Assembly: GCF_001263795.1 (NCBI RefSeq)
Contig: NZ_LHUR01000042.1
Location: 324,639-388,638, forward strand
Source of the DNA: Clostridium homopropionicum DSM 5847
Lineage (GTDB): Bacteria; Bacillota; Clostridia; Clostridiales; Clostridiaceae
Reading direction: 5' to 3'
Length of the DNA stretch: 64,000 bases
The notes under the pieces are model-generated. The model ran no database searches and was not told the DNA's origin. It was given only the letters and a program-made list of their open reading frames with translations. Numbering within the stretch: position 1 is the first letter of the stretch; each line of letters starts with the position of its first letter. This document shows, in pieces, positions 1 to 10,217 of this stretch. A program made the translations under genes and the position numbers.

Positions 1-49
1 CAGTTACAAGTCCAACATAGCCACTTCCTATTATTGCAATCTTTATCAT
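1..49 (-). CDS. UDP-glucose/GDP-mannose dehydrogenase family protein, N-terminal 16 codons only (gene continues beyond the window start)
   Basis: The reverse complement of 1-49 reads ATG ATA AAG ATT GCA ATA ATA GGA AGT GGC TAT GTT GGA CTT GTA ACT = MIKIAIIGSGYVGLVT. This is the classic NAD-binding N-terminus of UDP-glucose 6-dehydrogenases. Confidence 0.5.
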   Translation of the reverse strand, partial: MIKIAIIGSGYVGLVT

Positions 50-61
50 ATTCTCACCCCC

Positions 62-1204
62 TCAGGCACTAATTGTGATGTCTTTACTCTCTTTTAATAT
101 TTCATTATAGATATTAATAAGTCCATCAAATATTTTTTCCCAAGATCTATTTAAAGCAAATTTTCTGCCATTTATTTTAATATTATTTCTTAAGGCTGTG
201 TTTTCAATAATCTCTTTCATAGAAACAGTGAGTTCCTTTGAATCTCTTTTTTTAAATTTTAGCCCATTATGTCTATGATAAATAATTTCTCCAACACCTC
301 CAGCATCTGCTCCAATAACTGGAAGACCTGAAGCCATGGCTTCTAATATAACATTGCCAAAAGTCTCTGTTGATGATGGACATACAAATGCATCACAAGA
401 AGCATATATCTCAGCCAGTTCCTCTCCCTTTTTAAAACCAGTGAATGTAGTATTTTTCGGGAAAATTTCCTTACACTTCTCTAAATAAGGACCATTTCCA
501 GTAATAATAAGTGCCACTTTATCTCCATATTTTTCATGTATAGCTTTATAACTGACACTTAATATATCTAAATCTTTTTCAATGGAAACTCTGCCAACAT
601 ATAAGAAAATCATTTTATTATCGAGCTCCAAGTTTTTTCTTAATTCATCGTTTCTATATTTAGGATGAAAGTTTTCAAAATCTATACCTCTAGAAAAGAT
701 ACCCGTATTATGGATACCATGTTGATTTAATAGGATTTGTGATTCATGGGATGGACAAAGAGTAATCTTATTTTGAGTATGGAACCACTTCATATAATCC
801 CATATTCCTTGTTCTAAAAAATCTACTTTATAGTAATTAGTGTATTGAGAGAAATTGGTAGTATAATTTGAAATTGTTGGAATGCCATGTTTTTTGCCAT
901 ACAGAAGTCCAGTAAGTCCCATACTAAACTCTGTCATGATATGAATTAGATCAGGTTGGAAGTTAGATAATGCAGCAGATACTCTAAATAGATTAGGAAG
1001 AGTAACTCTGCATTCTGGATATAAAACGAATTTTAAACTATAAAATCTTTCAATATGCTGCTCAGATTTTTCATCTTCATATTTAGGTGCAAATATTATA
1101 TATTCTATTTTATTTTCCTTATAGTATTGGATAAGCCTTATTAACGTGTTAGTTACGCCATTTATTTGCGGCATGAATGTATCAGCAAATACTGCAACTC
1201 TCAT
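62..1204 (-). CDS. Glycosyltransferase family 4 (GT-B, group 1)
   Basis: 380 aa ORF with the C-terminal motif GNVILEAMASGLPVIGADAGGVGEII typical of GT4/group-1 retaining glycosyltransferases. RBS GAGGAGG sits upstream of the ATG at 1204. Confidence 0.8.
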   Translation of the reverse strand: MRVAVFADTFMPQINGVTNTLIRLIQYYKENKIEYIIFAPKYEDEKSEQHIERFYSLKFVLYPECRVTLPNLFRVSAALSNFQPDLIHIMTEFSMGLTGLLYGKKHGIPTISNYTTNFSQYTNYYKVDFLEQGIWDYMKWFHTQNKITLCPSHESQILLNQHGIHNTGIFSRGIDFENFHPKYRNDELRKNLELDNKMIFLYVGRVSIEKDLDILSVSYKAIHEKYGDKVALIITGNGPYLEKCKEIFPKNTTFTGFKKGEELAEIYASCDAFVCPSSTETFGNVILEAMASGLPVIGADAGGVGEIIYHRHNGLKFKKRDSKELTVSMKEIIENTALRNNIKINGRKFALNRSWEKIFDGLINIYNEILKESKDITISA

Positions 1205-1630
1205 AATTTAACCTCCTCAACAGAATGAAATCCATTGGAATTAGCTTCATTAGCCAAACATGAATCTGAAGAGTGAACTATGAAATATTTAATAAGATGC
1301 TGATACAAAGTCTTAGAAATGAAAAGGTGACTAATAAATTTCACTTTTAATCCTCCAATTCTAATTTATAATACTTTCTAATAATTAGTTTATATTATAA
1401 ACACTATTTTCCCCTTAATTTTGGGTTAAGTTTAGTTAAATTGGAGTTAAATTTCTATTTATATAATCTATCATATATTTAAAAAGTGCAATAATAGATA
1501 AACATTTCTAAAATGTCTAAATTATTCAATAAAAATTTAATTAACAACGATGTTACAAAGAATTAACTGAATCCTAAAATACAATCCTCCACTTTAGTAA
1601 TAAAATGATACTAGAAAGGAAGGGATAGTT

Positions 1631-2212
1631 ATGATAGTTAATACGCATTTACTAATGTCTCATATTTTGTATGATTATCTTTCGAAAAGACAAAATATTA
1701 AAATTAATAAGTTGGCTTTCTTATATGGATGTGTAAAACCAGACATTAACAACGCAGATATAAACCAAGAACACACATTAGATAATAGTATTAATAGCTT
1801 AAATAAATATTCTGAGAAACTCTTAACAAATAATATATCAATAAAAGATTTTTCAGTGTCTTTAGGTGTCATATGCCATTTTATCTGTGACTATTTCTGC
1901 CTATATCACAATGATGAATATTGTCTAAAAAATAATTTTCAGCATTTTCTATACGAAATAAGGCTCCATTACAAATTCTTAATCCTCCTCCTCATGGGTA
2001 AATTGAAGATTGATAATTTTATACCTTCAGAAAAAGATTTAATACCTATGGTACTTGAACTACAACAAAAATACTTTTTAGAGGAAAAAAACTTAACTAG
2101 AGATATAAAATATGCTCTTTCATCTGCAGCAGCAATTTCTGAGTTTATTTTATGTTCAAGTGAAATAGCTCTTAATAGTAGCAAGGCCTTAACTTCTGAA
2201 ATATATCCTTAA
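1631..2212 (+). CDS. Hypothetical protein, possibly zinc-dependent phospholipase C-like
   Basis: 193 aa ORF with RBS GGAAGGGA upstream. The N-terminus MIVNTHLLMSHI resembles the His-rich start of small clostridial Zn-PLC-like proteins. Similarity is weak. Confidence 0.35.
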   Translation: MIVNTHLLMSHILYDYLSKRQNIKINKLAFLYGCVKPDINNADINQEHTLDNSINSLNKYSEKLLTNNISIKDFSVSLGVICHFICDYFCLYHNDEYCLKNNFQHFLYEIRLHYKFLILLLMGKLKIDNFIPSEKDLIPMVLELQQKYFLEEKNLTRDIKYALSSAAAISEFILCSSEIALNSSKALTSEIYP

Positions 2213-2252
2213 CAAGGACAGGCTTGGCATTTTCGTAATAACCATGTAGAAT

Positions 2253-3176
2253 TTATATAGCTTCAAACTCTGCCTTACTCTTTTTATTTTTTCTTGGAGA
2301 CAAGATTATAACTGTAGAAATGATGCATGCCGTTCCTAACCATTCTGGCAAGCCGAAAGGGACATGTAACCATAATACAGACAAAAAGGCTGCTGACAAA
2401 GGTTCAACAGAAGATAATATACTTGCTTCTGTTGGTTGGATATATTTTAAGCTTTCAAAGTAACAATAAAAAGCTATGAGAGTTCCAAATAGTACTACAA
2501 CTATAACAGCAAATACTGAATCAATAGACCATTCACCTGTAAAATTCCAAGGCTGATGGATGAAACTAAAAGCTATGCCTCCAACAAACATACCCCATCC
2601 AGCTACAAATGCAGAACCATATTTTGCAAGAAGAGAACGAGGCTGCAATGTATAAAAAGCCGCCATAACAGCAGAGGTAATACCCCAAAACAATGCTAAT
2701 TTAGAAATGCTTATATTATGAATATTTCCTTTCGTAATGATAAAAAATGTACCTACCATTGCCAATATAATCGCTATGATTTCCTGTAAACTTGGATTTT
2801 TTTTGCTCCGAACAATTAAATAACAAGTAATTATTACCGGTGATAAATATTGAAGTATTGTAGCTGTTGCGGCATTACCATATTTAATGGCAGCAAAATA
2901 TGTATACTGCACACCTACCATTCCTATAATGCTAAAAACTATAAGACTTAAACAGCTGTGTTTAGACTTCCAGATTCTCCACATATCTTGGTCACCTTTC
3001 GCAGAAGTACATAATAATAAAATTAGGCCTGATATTAATAGACGAATATCCACAAGCCATTCCATACTAAATCCTCTTTTTTGAAACAAGAATTGAGCTG
3101 CAGTGCCTGATACTCCCCATAACATGGCTGAAATTATTACAAGTATTATGCCTTTAATTCGGGGTTGAAATTTCAT
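2253..3176 (-). CDS. EamA/DMT family transporter
   Basis: 307 aa protein with about 10 predicted TM helices and an EamA-like N-terminus (LWGVSGTAAQFLF). Confidence 0.8.
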   Translation of the reverse strand: MKFQPRIKGIILVIISAMLWGVSGTAAQFLFQKRGFSMEWLVDIRLLISGLILLLCTSAKGDQDMWRIWKSKHSCLSLIVFSIIGMVGVQYTYFAAIKYGNAATATILQYLSPVIITCYLIVRSKKNPSLQEIIAIILAMVGTFFIITKGNIHNISISKLALFWGITSAVMAAFYTLQPRSLLAKYGSAFVAGWGMFVGGIAFSFIHQPWNFTGEWSIDSVFAVIVVVLFGTLIAFYCYFESLKYIQPTEASILSSVEPLSAAFLSVLWLHVPFGLPEWLGTACIISTVIILSPRKNKKSKAEFEAI

Positions 3177-3423
3177 TTAATCTTCACTCACTTTCTTCAT
3201 CTTACATAACTTTTCAGTAACATACTGGAGATAAGACTTTACTAATAAACTGTCACTTATTATAGCAACTAAATAAAAAAAATAAAAGTCTTCATTAACT
3301 CTCTACAAATAAAAAAGACTACATCTCAAGATGATTTTTAATCATTTGGAAATAGTCCCTATATTTTACTTCTATATAAGCCATTAAGCCCTTAGGCTAC
3401 AACATTAATAAGTACTATAATTG

Positions 3424-3804
3424 TTATGCTAGCACATCAATTACCTCTCCAAGACTTTCATCTTTTGAGTCATTAGACTTAGCTAAACTGTTTACTGCAT
3501 TTTTACTACTCATTTCATTATTATCGTCCCTTATAGGCATCTTTTGCTGTACATTGTTTTGCTTTTGTTCACTTTGCTCAGCCTTCTTCTGCTGTATCTG
3601 TGCATCAATTTGCTGTATTTGCATTTGTATCTGATTTATTTTTTCTTGTTTAGTTTTTTCATCCTCTTTGCTTTGATTTATTTTTTGAAGCTCTGACTGA
3701 AGCTTAGATTTTTGTTTTTCAAGTTGTGATATTTCATCACTGTTATTACTCACAGTAGAAAAACTATTAATTGTTGATGTTGATGATACTGAAGAAATGT
3801 TCAT
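3424..3804 (-). CDS. FlxA-like Q/K-rich coiled-coil protein
   Basis: 126 aa with a Ser/Thr-rich N-terminus followed by QLEKQKSKLQSELQKINQSKEDEKTKQEKINQIQMQIQQIDAQIQQKK. This resembles FlxA-like family proteins. Confidence 0.5.
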   Translation of the reverse strand: MNISSVSSTSTINSFSTVSNNSDEISQLEKQKSKLQSELQKINQSKEDEKTKQEKINQIQMQIQQIDAQIQQKKAEQSEQKQNNVQQKMPIRDDNNEMSSKNAVNSLAKSNDSKDESLGEVIDVLA

Positions 3805-3822
3805 ATTATTCTATCCCCCTTC

Positions 3823-4554
3823 TTATTCAGCATTATCCTGAATTTTTTGAAGCATATCTCTCATGTCTTCTTCTGATATATTATCTAAATTTATCTGAAG
3901 GTTATTATTATATCCACCATGAGGTTTTCTTACAGAATTAATATCATCTATTAAGTTAGCTAATGTTTCCTTCAATTCATCAGTAGATAAACTATCTATA
4001 TCCGTAGTTTTAATTTCATCCATATCTGCTTTTATCTTATCGAATGCATCATCTGGTTTTAGTTCTGGTTTATGTTCAGGTGCATTATTAGCTCTTTCTT
4101 GAATATCTTTTAGCATTTCTCTCATATCTGCTTCTGACATATTATCTAAGCTTATTTCAGAATTATCATTTAAATCATCATTTGGTCTAGGCATAGATTG
4201 CATGTCTGTTATAAGATTTGTTAAAGTTGTCTTTAGCTCATCTGTGGACATACTGTCTATATCAGCAATTTTTATAGCATCCATATCTTCTTTTATTTTA
4301 TTCATGCTTTCAGATATCTCTGAAGTATCATTATCCTGCATTTTCATATCATGCATTAACTTTCTTACGCTAAAATCTAGATCCGTAATACTTCCACTTT
4401 CTTTATATTCTGCCTTCCTTTTATTAGAAGAGCTTATAACATCAACTATACTTTCTGATGAACTTGACTCCTCTGAACTTGTAGTTTGCTTTGAAATAGA
4501 ATTTGCTGAATTGAGCTGGTTGTAATAATTATAGTAGTTTGATGAGATCCTCAT
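3823..4554 (-). CDS. Acidic protein with two ~95-aa tandem internal repeats, unknown function
   Basis: 243 aa, D/E-rich. The repeat unit (..DMxxIKxxDIDSxSTDELKxTLxNLIxDxxS...NLDNxSExDMRxMLxxIQ..) occurs twice. It is co-directional and adjacent to the FlxA-like gene. Confidence 0.5.
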   Translation of the reverse strand: MRISSNYYNYYNQLNSANSISKQTTSSEESSSSESIVDVISSSNKRKAEYKESGSITDLDFSVRKLMHDMKMQDNDTSEISESMNKIKEDMDAIKIADIDSMSTDELKTTLTNLITDMQSMPRPNDDLNDNSEISLDNMSEADMREMLKDIQERANNAPEHKPELKPDDAFDKIKADMDEIKTTDIDSLSTDELKETLANLIDDINSVRKPHGGYNNNLQINLDNISEEDMRDMLQKIQDNAE

Positions 4555-4644
4555 TTTTTTACCTCCTTATGTAATCCGCATCCTTGCACTAAATTTCCTG
4601 TTCTAATTATCGAGAATCAACACTTCCTAATGTAGAGCAAAAGG

Positions 4645-4672
4645 GTGGCAGTTTTGTGGCAGTATCGTGGCA
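4645..4672. promoter_or_regulatory. Three direct GTGGCA repeats at 11-bp spacing; candidate response-regulator binding site in the divergent intergenic region
   Basis: gGTGGCAgtttt GTGGCAgtatc GTGGCAaatta at 4645, 4656 and 4667, giving one helical turn of periodicity. The site lies between the acidic-repeat gene (minus) and the OmpR-family RR/HK operon (plus). Confidence 0.35.
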
Positions 4673-4749
4673 AATTAAAATAAATAATAATTTAGAAATG
4701 ATATTAAAATTACCTTATGGTAAAATATCTTAGAGGTGACATAAAGTAT

Positions 4750-5445
4750 ATGGATAAGAAATTAATATATTTAGCTGATGATGAAGCCAATATACGTAAT
4801 ATTATAAAATCCTTTCTTATTAAAGAAGGCTTTGAAGTAGAAACCTTTAGTAACGGTGGTTCTATTCTTGAGGCTTTCAAAATTAATAAAGCAGATATGC
4901 TTATACTAGACATTATGATGCCTGAAATAGATGGATATTCTCTTTGTTCATTGATACGTCAGAAAAGTAATGTACCTATAATTTTTATATCTGCTAAAGA
5001 TACTGATTTAGATAAAATTGCAGGTTTAACATTGGGTGGTGATGATTACCTTACTAAACCCTTTAGTCCAATGGAACTCATCGCTAGAATAAAAAGTATA
5101 TTTAGAAGAATTGATGTAACTAAGACAGGTATGCTAAGCAATAAAATAATAAATATTGAGGACATTTCAATAAATATTGATATGAACCAGGCTATGTTAC
5201 ATGATAAAAATATTGGGCTTACCAAAATGGAGTTCTCATTACTGTACTATCTAATAATAAATAAAAACAGAGTAGTAGGTCGACATGAGCTTTTGGAAAA
5301 GGTATGGGGCTTTGATATGGAGGTAAGTACTAGGGCTACAGATGATATGATAAAAAGAATCAGAAAAAAGCTTTCTGATGCAGGTTCTGTTCTAAAAATT
5401 GATACAGTACGAGGTTTTGGTTTCTCAATACAAAATAAGGAATGA
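4750..5445 (+). CDS. OmpR/PhoB-family response regulator (receiver plus winged-helix)
   Basis: Receiver motifs (LADDE, D in LILDIMMPEIDG, K in YLTKPF) and a C-terminal winged-helix domain. RBS AGAGGTGA precedes the ATG at 4750. The track ORF starts at 4717. Confidence 0.85.
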   Translation: MDKKLIYLADDEANIRNIIKSFLIKEGFEVETFSNGGSILEAFKINKADMLILDIMMPEIDGYSLCSLIRQKSNVPIIFISAKDTDLDKIAGLTLGGDDYLTKPFSPMELIARIKSIFRRIDVTKTGMLSNKIINIEDISINIDMNQAMLHDKNIGLTKMEFSLLYYLIINKNRVVGRHELLEKVWGFDMEVSTRATDDMIKRIRKKLSDAGSVLKIDTVRGFGFSIQNKE

Positions 5446-6899
5446 TATATATGAAAATCAATTCAATTAAGTGGAAAATCCTAAAGTATAATATTATTAT
5501 AATAGTACTGCTAGTTGCTTTAACTACAGTTATTTTTAATATAGCTGTAAGATTATATTTCGAAAAGGACATCATTGAACAACTAAATAAAGTAGCAGAG
5601 CATATTGAAAAGACAGCTCTTCAGCATGGTCCAGATTTTTTTCCTGTTCCTAGAAAAGAACCTCCTCCAAAACCTCAACCCTCTAACGATATATACAGGT
5701 ATTATTTTATGTTAGATCGTTCATCAAAGGAATCTATCACCGTTTTAAATGCAGATTACATTTTGCTTGACAAAAATAAAGATCTCATTACTCCTTCTCC
5801 TAAAAACCCTTATAATCCTCCAGATAATACATTAAATGAAATCATATCTAAAATAGGTAACTTAGAAAATTTTCAGGGTGAGAAACAGGTGAAATTTTAT
5901 TTATCAAATACTGAATATGCAGCCGTTATTAAATCAGTATCTGATAAAAACTCTTTTGGTCTAGGCTGGATAATAATATACTCAAGTCTTCAAAAGGTAA
6001 ATCAACTGCAGTTAGGTATAAATTTTATTCTTTTCATTATTTTTATTTTTTCATCTATTATAATTATTATATTTTCTTCCTTTTTATCTAAAAAAATATC
6101 TGCTCCTCTTTCTTCACTTAATCAACATATAAGTTCTATTGGGGAAAGAAAATTTGATACCAAAATTAATATTCCTGTATATGATGAATTTCGTGAAGTT
6201 ATTACTAATTTTAATTCAATGTCGAATAAACTTGAAATACATGATAGAGCACAGAAGACCTTTCTGCAAAATGCATCTCACGAATTTAGAACTCCATTAA
6301 TGTCTATTCAGAGCTATGCAGAAGGTATAAAATACAATGTTATAGATACCAATACTGCTGCAAACATAATTATTAGTGAAACTAACCGTATGACTCATTT
6401 AGTAGAAGACTTGCTATACTTATCAAGGCTTGATGCTATAGAGGAAAATTATACCTACACTCTGTTAAATTTTACAGATTTATTAGGTAATTGTATTAAA
6501 CGAATAAGTGGAATTGCTCTGAGCAATAACATAAAGATTGTTACCAATAATACTAAAGAGATTATTAAAGTATATGGAGACGAAGAAAAACTTTCCCGTG
6601 CAATTATAAACGTAGCAAATAACTGCATTAGATATGCTGATAATATTGTTGAAATCCATATGATGCCTATTTGCTCTAGTAAAATAAAATTAACTATATG
6701 TGATGATGGTCCAGGCTTTGATTTAAATGATCTTCCACATATATTTGATAGATTCTATAAAGGAGAAAAAGGTAATTTTGGTTTAGGACTAGCCATCAGT
6801 AAAAATATTATTGAAAGACATAAAGGGAAAATAACCGCTGAAAATTCTACAGCAGGAGCTATTTTTATAATTGAGTTATGTATAGCTAATAACTGTTAG
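5442..6899 (+). CDS. Sensor histidine kinase (TM-HAMP-HisKA-HATPase)
   Basis: The H-box is FLQNASHEFRTPL, and N, G1 and G2 boxes are present (DDGPGF, GLGLAISK), with two TM segments. The ATGA overlap with the RR stop is typical of a coupled TCS. The alternative start at 5451 has an AAGGAA RBS. Confidence 0.85.
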   Translation: MIYMKINSIKWKILKYNIIIIVLLVALTTVIFNIAVRLYFEKDIIEQLNKVAEHIEKTALQHGPDFFPVPRKEPPPKPQPSNDIYRYYFMLDRSSKESITVLNADYILLDKNKDLITPSPKNPYNPPDNTLNEIISKIGNLENFQGEKQVKFYLSNTEYAAVIKSVSDKNSFGLGWIIIYSSLQKVNQLQLGINFILFIIFIFSSIIIIIFSSFLSKKISAPLSSLNQHISSIGERKFDTKINIPVYDEFREVITNFNSMSNKLEIHDRAQKTFLQNASHEFRTPLMSIQSYAEGIKYNVIDTNTAANIIISETNRMTHLVEDLLYLSRLDAIEENYTYTLLNFTDLLGNCIKRISGIALSNNIKIVTNNTKEIIKVYGDEEKLSRAIINVANNCIRYADNIVEIHMMPICSSKIKLTICDDGPGFDLNDLPHIFDRFYKGEKGNFGLGLAISKNIIERHKGKITAENSTAGAIFIIELCIANNC

Positions 6900-7197
6900 C
6901 TTAAAGCTTTAGTTAAGATAATAGTGGAATATATAAAGATGCACTTTATATTTGCATTGGTAAAGAAGACTTTTTTAGATTTGCAAAAGATCATCCTTTT
7001 GGAATATCAAGCACAGGTTCAGAGTTAATAGTAAGGGATCCTATCTCAGTTAATAAGAAAAATGTTCAGCTAATGCACCCGACAAATAATCAGCAATTCC
7101 CATTTCAGTTTCTTCTACTTTATTTATTCTGAATAATTTACTAAGTATATCTTTACATAAAAGTATTAAACTAATACTGATATGGAGGTGTTAATCA

Positions 7198-7404
7198 ATG
7201 AGTAGAAGACCTTTAGTTCCTGAAGCAAAAGAAGCACTGGACAAATTAAAAACAGAATATGCGAATGAATTTGGAATAAAATTTAACGATGCCTATAAGG
7301 GTAACAATACTTCAAAATCAAATGGACATATAGGCGGACCTATTGGTGGATTAATGACTAGGAAGATGGTAGAGCAGTTTGAAAAAAAGTTAGTAGATAA
7401 ATAA
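7198..7404 (+). CDS. Small acid-soluble spore protein, alpha/beta type
   Basis: 68 aa: MSRRPLVPEAKEALDKLKTEYANEFGI...GGPIGGLMTRKMVE, the hallmark SASP alpha/beta sequence. RBS GGAGGTG upstream. Confidence 0.85.
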   Translation: MSRRPLVPEAKEALDKLKTEYANEFGIKFNDAYKGNNTSKSNGHIGGPIGGLMTRKMVEQFEKKLVDK

Positions 7405-7437
7405 TTTATATTGTATTATAAAAACTATGTAATAAAT

Positions 7438-7478
7438 GAAGAGAAAGCATTCTCACTTTCTCTTCATTTATTATATTT
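7438..7478 (+). terminator. Rho-independent terminator downstream of the SASP gene
   Basis: gaagagaaag-cattctca-ctttctcttc gives a 10-bp stem, followed by ATTTATTATATTT. Confidence 0.6.
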
Positions 7479-7616
7479 AGATGGACCCTTCCATCTAAAT
7501 TTCCCATTTCTATTGTAAGTAATTGTATAAAGTCATATATAATCTCTACTTAATTAAATAAAAAGGTTCTGAAATGATAATTCTCACTACATAATCCTTG
7601 ATTTCATACTACATAT

Positions 7617-8207
7617 TTATTTTTTTAAAAAGTTACTTACTAATCTTTCTGCTTTTTCAAATGATTGTGCACAATAGTTTTCAGAAAATGGATCGCTAAA
7701 CCCATGTTTTCCATTCAATATAAAAGCATCAATATTACATTTTCCCAAAGAATCAACTAATTCTTGCACATTGAATGATTTCTCTTCTGTAGGAAAAATC
7801 AGTAAAGCCGGACATTTTGGGGTTATATTCATATAATCTCTAATTCGTGAACCATAATATCCTATGATACCATCACACATATTCTCTCCATTACTGCATA
7901 ACCATGCAATTGTTGCACCTATACTATAACCTAATAAATATACATGATTATATTTCTCTTTCGCTTCTAGAATCAGCTGCTTTACTTGCTTAGTTGCTGA
8001 ATAAAACCCAATATTATTAATAAAGTGTCTATAGGCTTCTTCTTGCAAATCATAACTAAAAGGTTGATTCACATGAATTAGGTTTGGACAAATAATATCA
8101 TATCCGTTCGTAGAAAATTTCTCACAAGCCATGCGTATATGTTGATTAATGCCGTATATTTCATGTAATACGATTATTACAGAATCAGAATTATTAATGA
8201 TTTTCAT
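7617..8207 (-). CDS. Dienelactone hydrolase family alpha/beta hydrolase
   Basis: 196 aa with the N-terminal VIIVLHEIYGINQHI motif of dienelactone hydrolases and a GYSIG nucleophile elbow. Confidence 0.65.
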   Translation of the reverse strand: MKIINNSDSVIIVLHEIYGINQHIRMACEKFSTNGYDIICPNLIHVNQPFSYDLQEEAYRHFINNIGFYSATKQVKQLILEAKEKYNHVYLLGYSIGATIAWLCSNGENMCDGIIGYYGSRIRDYMNITPKCPALLIFPTEEKSFNVQELVDSLGKCNIDAFILNGKHGFSDPFSENYCAQSFEKAERLVSNFLKK

Positions 8208-8253
8208 CTAATCCCCCTAAGTTACTGCAAAATACTGCATAATAGTATGCCTA

Positions 8254-9423
8254 TTATTTAAGGATACCAGATTCATCTATTGCTTTAATTAACTTATCTA
8301 TATCATCAATATTTTCAACTAATGCAAATCTAACATATCCTTCACCTCTTGCCCCAAAGCAGCTTCCTGGTGTTACTATAACACCTGCCTTTTCTATAAG
8401 GTCCATGCAAAACTTAACAGAGTCTGTATAACCCTTTGGTATAGGTCCCCATGCAAACATAGTCCCCTGACTATCAGGGATATTCCAGCCAATATTTCTA
8501 AGCCCTCCACACAAGGCTTTATTTCTTCTAGCATATTCATCTCTTTGAGCTAAAATAAAGTCATCTGGTCCTGTTAGAGCTGCTATTGCTGCATATTGTA
8601 TAGGAAGAAAGATACCATAATCTATCTGAGAACGAACTATTTTAAACTTATCTATAATAACCTTATTACCAACTACAAAAGATATTCTGGCACCTGTAAG
8701 ATTATAAGACTTAGATAAAGAATAAAATTCCACCCCTACATCCTTTGCACCTTCAAAGGATAAAAATGATTTACCAAGTTCCTTTGTGTATATAATATCT
8801 GAATAAGCATTATCATGTAAAATAATGATATTATGTTTTTTAGCAAAATCTATTAGCTCTATGTAAAATTCATCAGGTGCAGTTACACATACTGGATTCA
8901 GCGGGTATGATACTATCATAAACTTTGTCTTTGCCAATACTTCCTTAGGAATGTCATTAAGCCTAGGCAAAAATCCATTTTCACTATCCAATGGATATTT
9001 TTCAATTACAGCTCCTGCTAAAAATGGTCCAGCCTCAAATATTGGGTATCCTGGATCTGGTACTAGGACAACATCCCCCGGATTACAAAAAGTCCATCCA
9101 ATATGCGCCATACCTTCTTGAGAACCATAAACAGACATGATTTCTTCCTTTTGTAAGTCTACTCCATATCGATGCTTATATCTGTAACAAACTGCATCTA
9201 AAAGTTCTGGCTTGTCCACTATAGCATATTTATAATTATCCGGATTCTCACAGGCTTTTTTCATTGCCTCCATAATATGGGGTGTAGGTTTAAAGTCTGG
9301 TGTACCTACAGACAAGTTATAAACTTTTCTGCCCTGTTTAATTAATTCTTCCTTTTTTTCGTTTAGCACTGTGAATATGCTAGGCTGAAAGGAATTAACT
9401 CTATCAGAAAATTGAAATTCCAT
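8254..9423 (-). CDS. PLP-dependent aminotransferase, class I/II
   Basis: 389 aa with the conserved Lys region SLSKSYNLTGARISFVVGN and the overall AAT-I fold pattern. Confidence 0.8.
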   Translation of the reverse strand: MEFQFSDRVNSFQPSIFTVLNEKKEELIKQGRKVYNLSVGTPDFKPTPHIMEAMKKACENPDNYKYAIVDKPELLDAVCYRYKHRYGVDLQKEEIMSVYGSQEGMAHIGWTFCNPGDVVLVPDPGYPIFEAGPFLAGAVIEKYPLDSENGFLPRLNDIPKEVLAKTKFMIVSYPLNPVCVTAPDEFYIELIDFAKKHNIIILHDNAYSDIIYTKELGKSFLSFEGAKDVGVEFYSLSKSYNLTGARISFVVGNKVIIDKFKIVRSQIDYGIFLPIQYAAIAALTGPDDFILAQRDEYARRNKALCGGLRNIGWNIPDSQGTMFAWGPIPKGYTDSVKFCMDLIEKAGVIVTPGSCFGARGEGYVRFALVENIDDIDKLIKAIDESGILK

Positions 9424-9512
9424 TTAATAAACCCCCGTTCCCTAATTAATACGTTTACTATACATCATATGTTACTATATTTATGCAGTAAAAACCATGG
9501 CAAAAATATCAA

Positions 9513-10217
9513 TTACACATTACTTTTACATTGCTTTGTTTTTGGTGAAATATATAAAATTCCTGCATCATTTAAACCGGCATAGAAAACTTCATCTATA
9601 TCGAAAATATTATGAGTCTTAAGTTGTTCTCTAACCCATTGCTCATCATGATTTATGGCTTTTAAATTACTATACATTATTTCGCCATCAATAATTATGT
9701 CACTAATCAATCCACTGTAGATTGTTGAAATATTTAAGTCGCCAGTTGTTACTGGTTGCTTATTGGGTTTTGGTAATACAGTTACTTCTCCATCAACCTC
9801 AATGGACGCAATTGCTACATCCTCTACATTAAATATATCTTTTTCTCTTAATTGCATCATTAATTGATTTATAGTAACCTTTGCTTTTTTTAAATTATAA
9901 TCTAATAGCTTACCATTATTTATTAGTATAATCGGCTCACCATCAACTAATTTTCTGAAGTTAATACTTTTAATATCTAAATAATCTGTAATAACAGCCA
10001 ATGCAGCAACAACAATTACTGATATTGTAGCTAATAATGGCGATTCTTGTGAACCTAATGCTATTCTAACCGCAATAGATCCAAGAACAACACCAACAAT
10101 AAAATCAAAAAATGTTATCCCAGATAACAACTTTCTTCCAATCATTTTCCCTAAGAATAATAGAATAATGTAAGTAAATACACTCCTTAAAACTACTTCT
10201 ATAATTTTCCTCTCCAT
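9513..10217 (-). CDS. DUF421 (YetF-like) membrane protein
   Basis: 234 aa. The N-terminal TM region RSVFTYIILLFLGKMIGRKLLSGITFFDFIVGVVLGSIA is characteristic of the DUF421/YetF family. Confidence 0.75.
   Translation of the reverse strand: MERKIIEVVLRSVFTYIILLFLGKMIGRKLLSGITFFDFIVGVVLGSIAVRIALGSQESPLLATISVIVVAALAVITDYLDIKSINFRKLVDGEPIILINNGKLLDYNLKKAKVTINQLMMQLREKDIFNVEDVAIASIEVDGEVTVLPKPNKQPVTTGDLNISTIYSGLISDIIIDGEIMYSNLKAINHDEQWVREQLKTHNIFDIDEVFYAGLNDAGILYISPKTKQCKSNV

Noticed and set aside
7100-7197. Sigma-G/sigma-F forespore promoter upstream of SASP genes
   Set aside because: GAATA-like -35 candidates are present. I could not place a convincing CATxxTA -10 at correct spacing by eye, so it is not reported as a feature.
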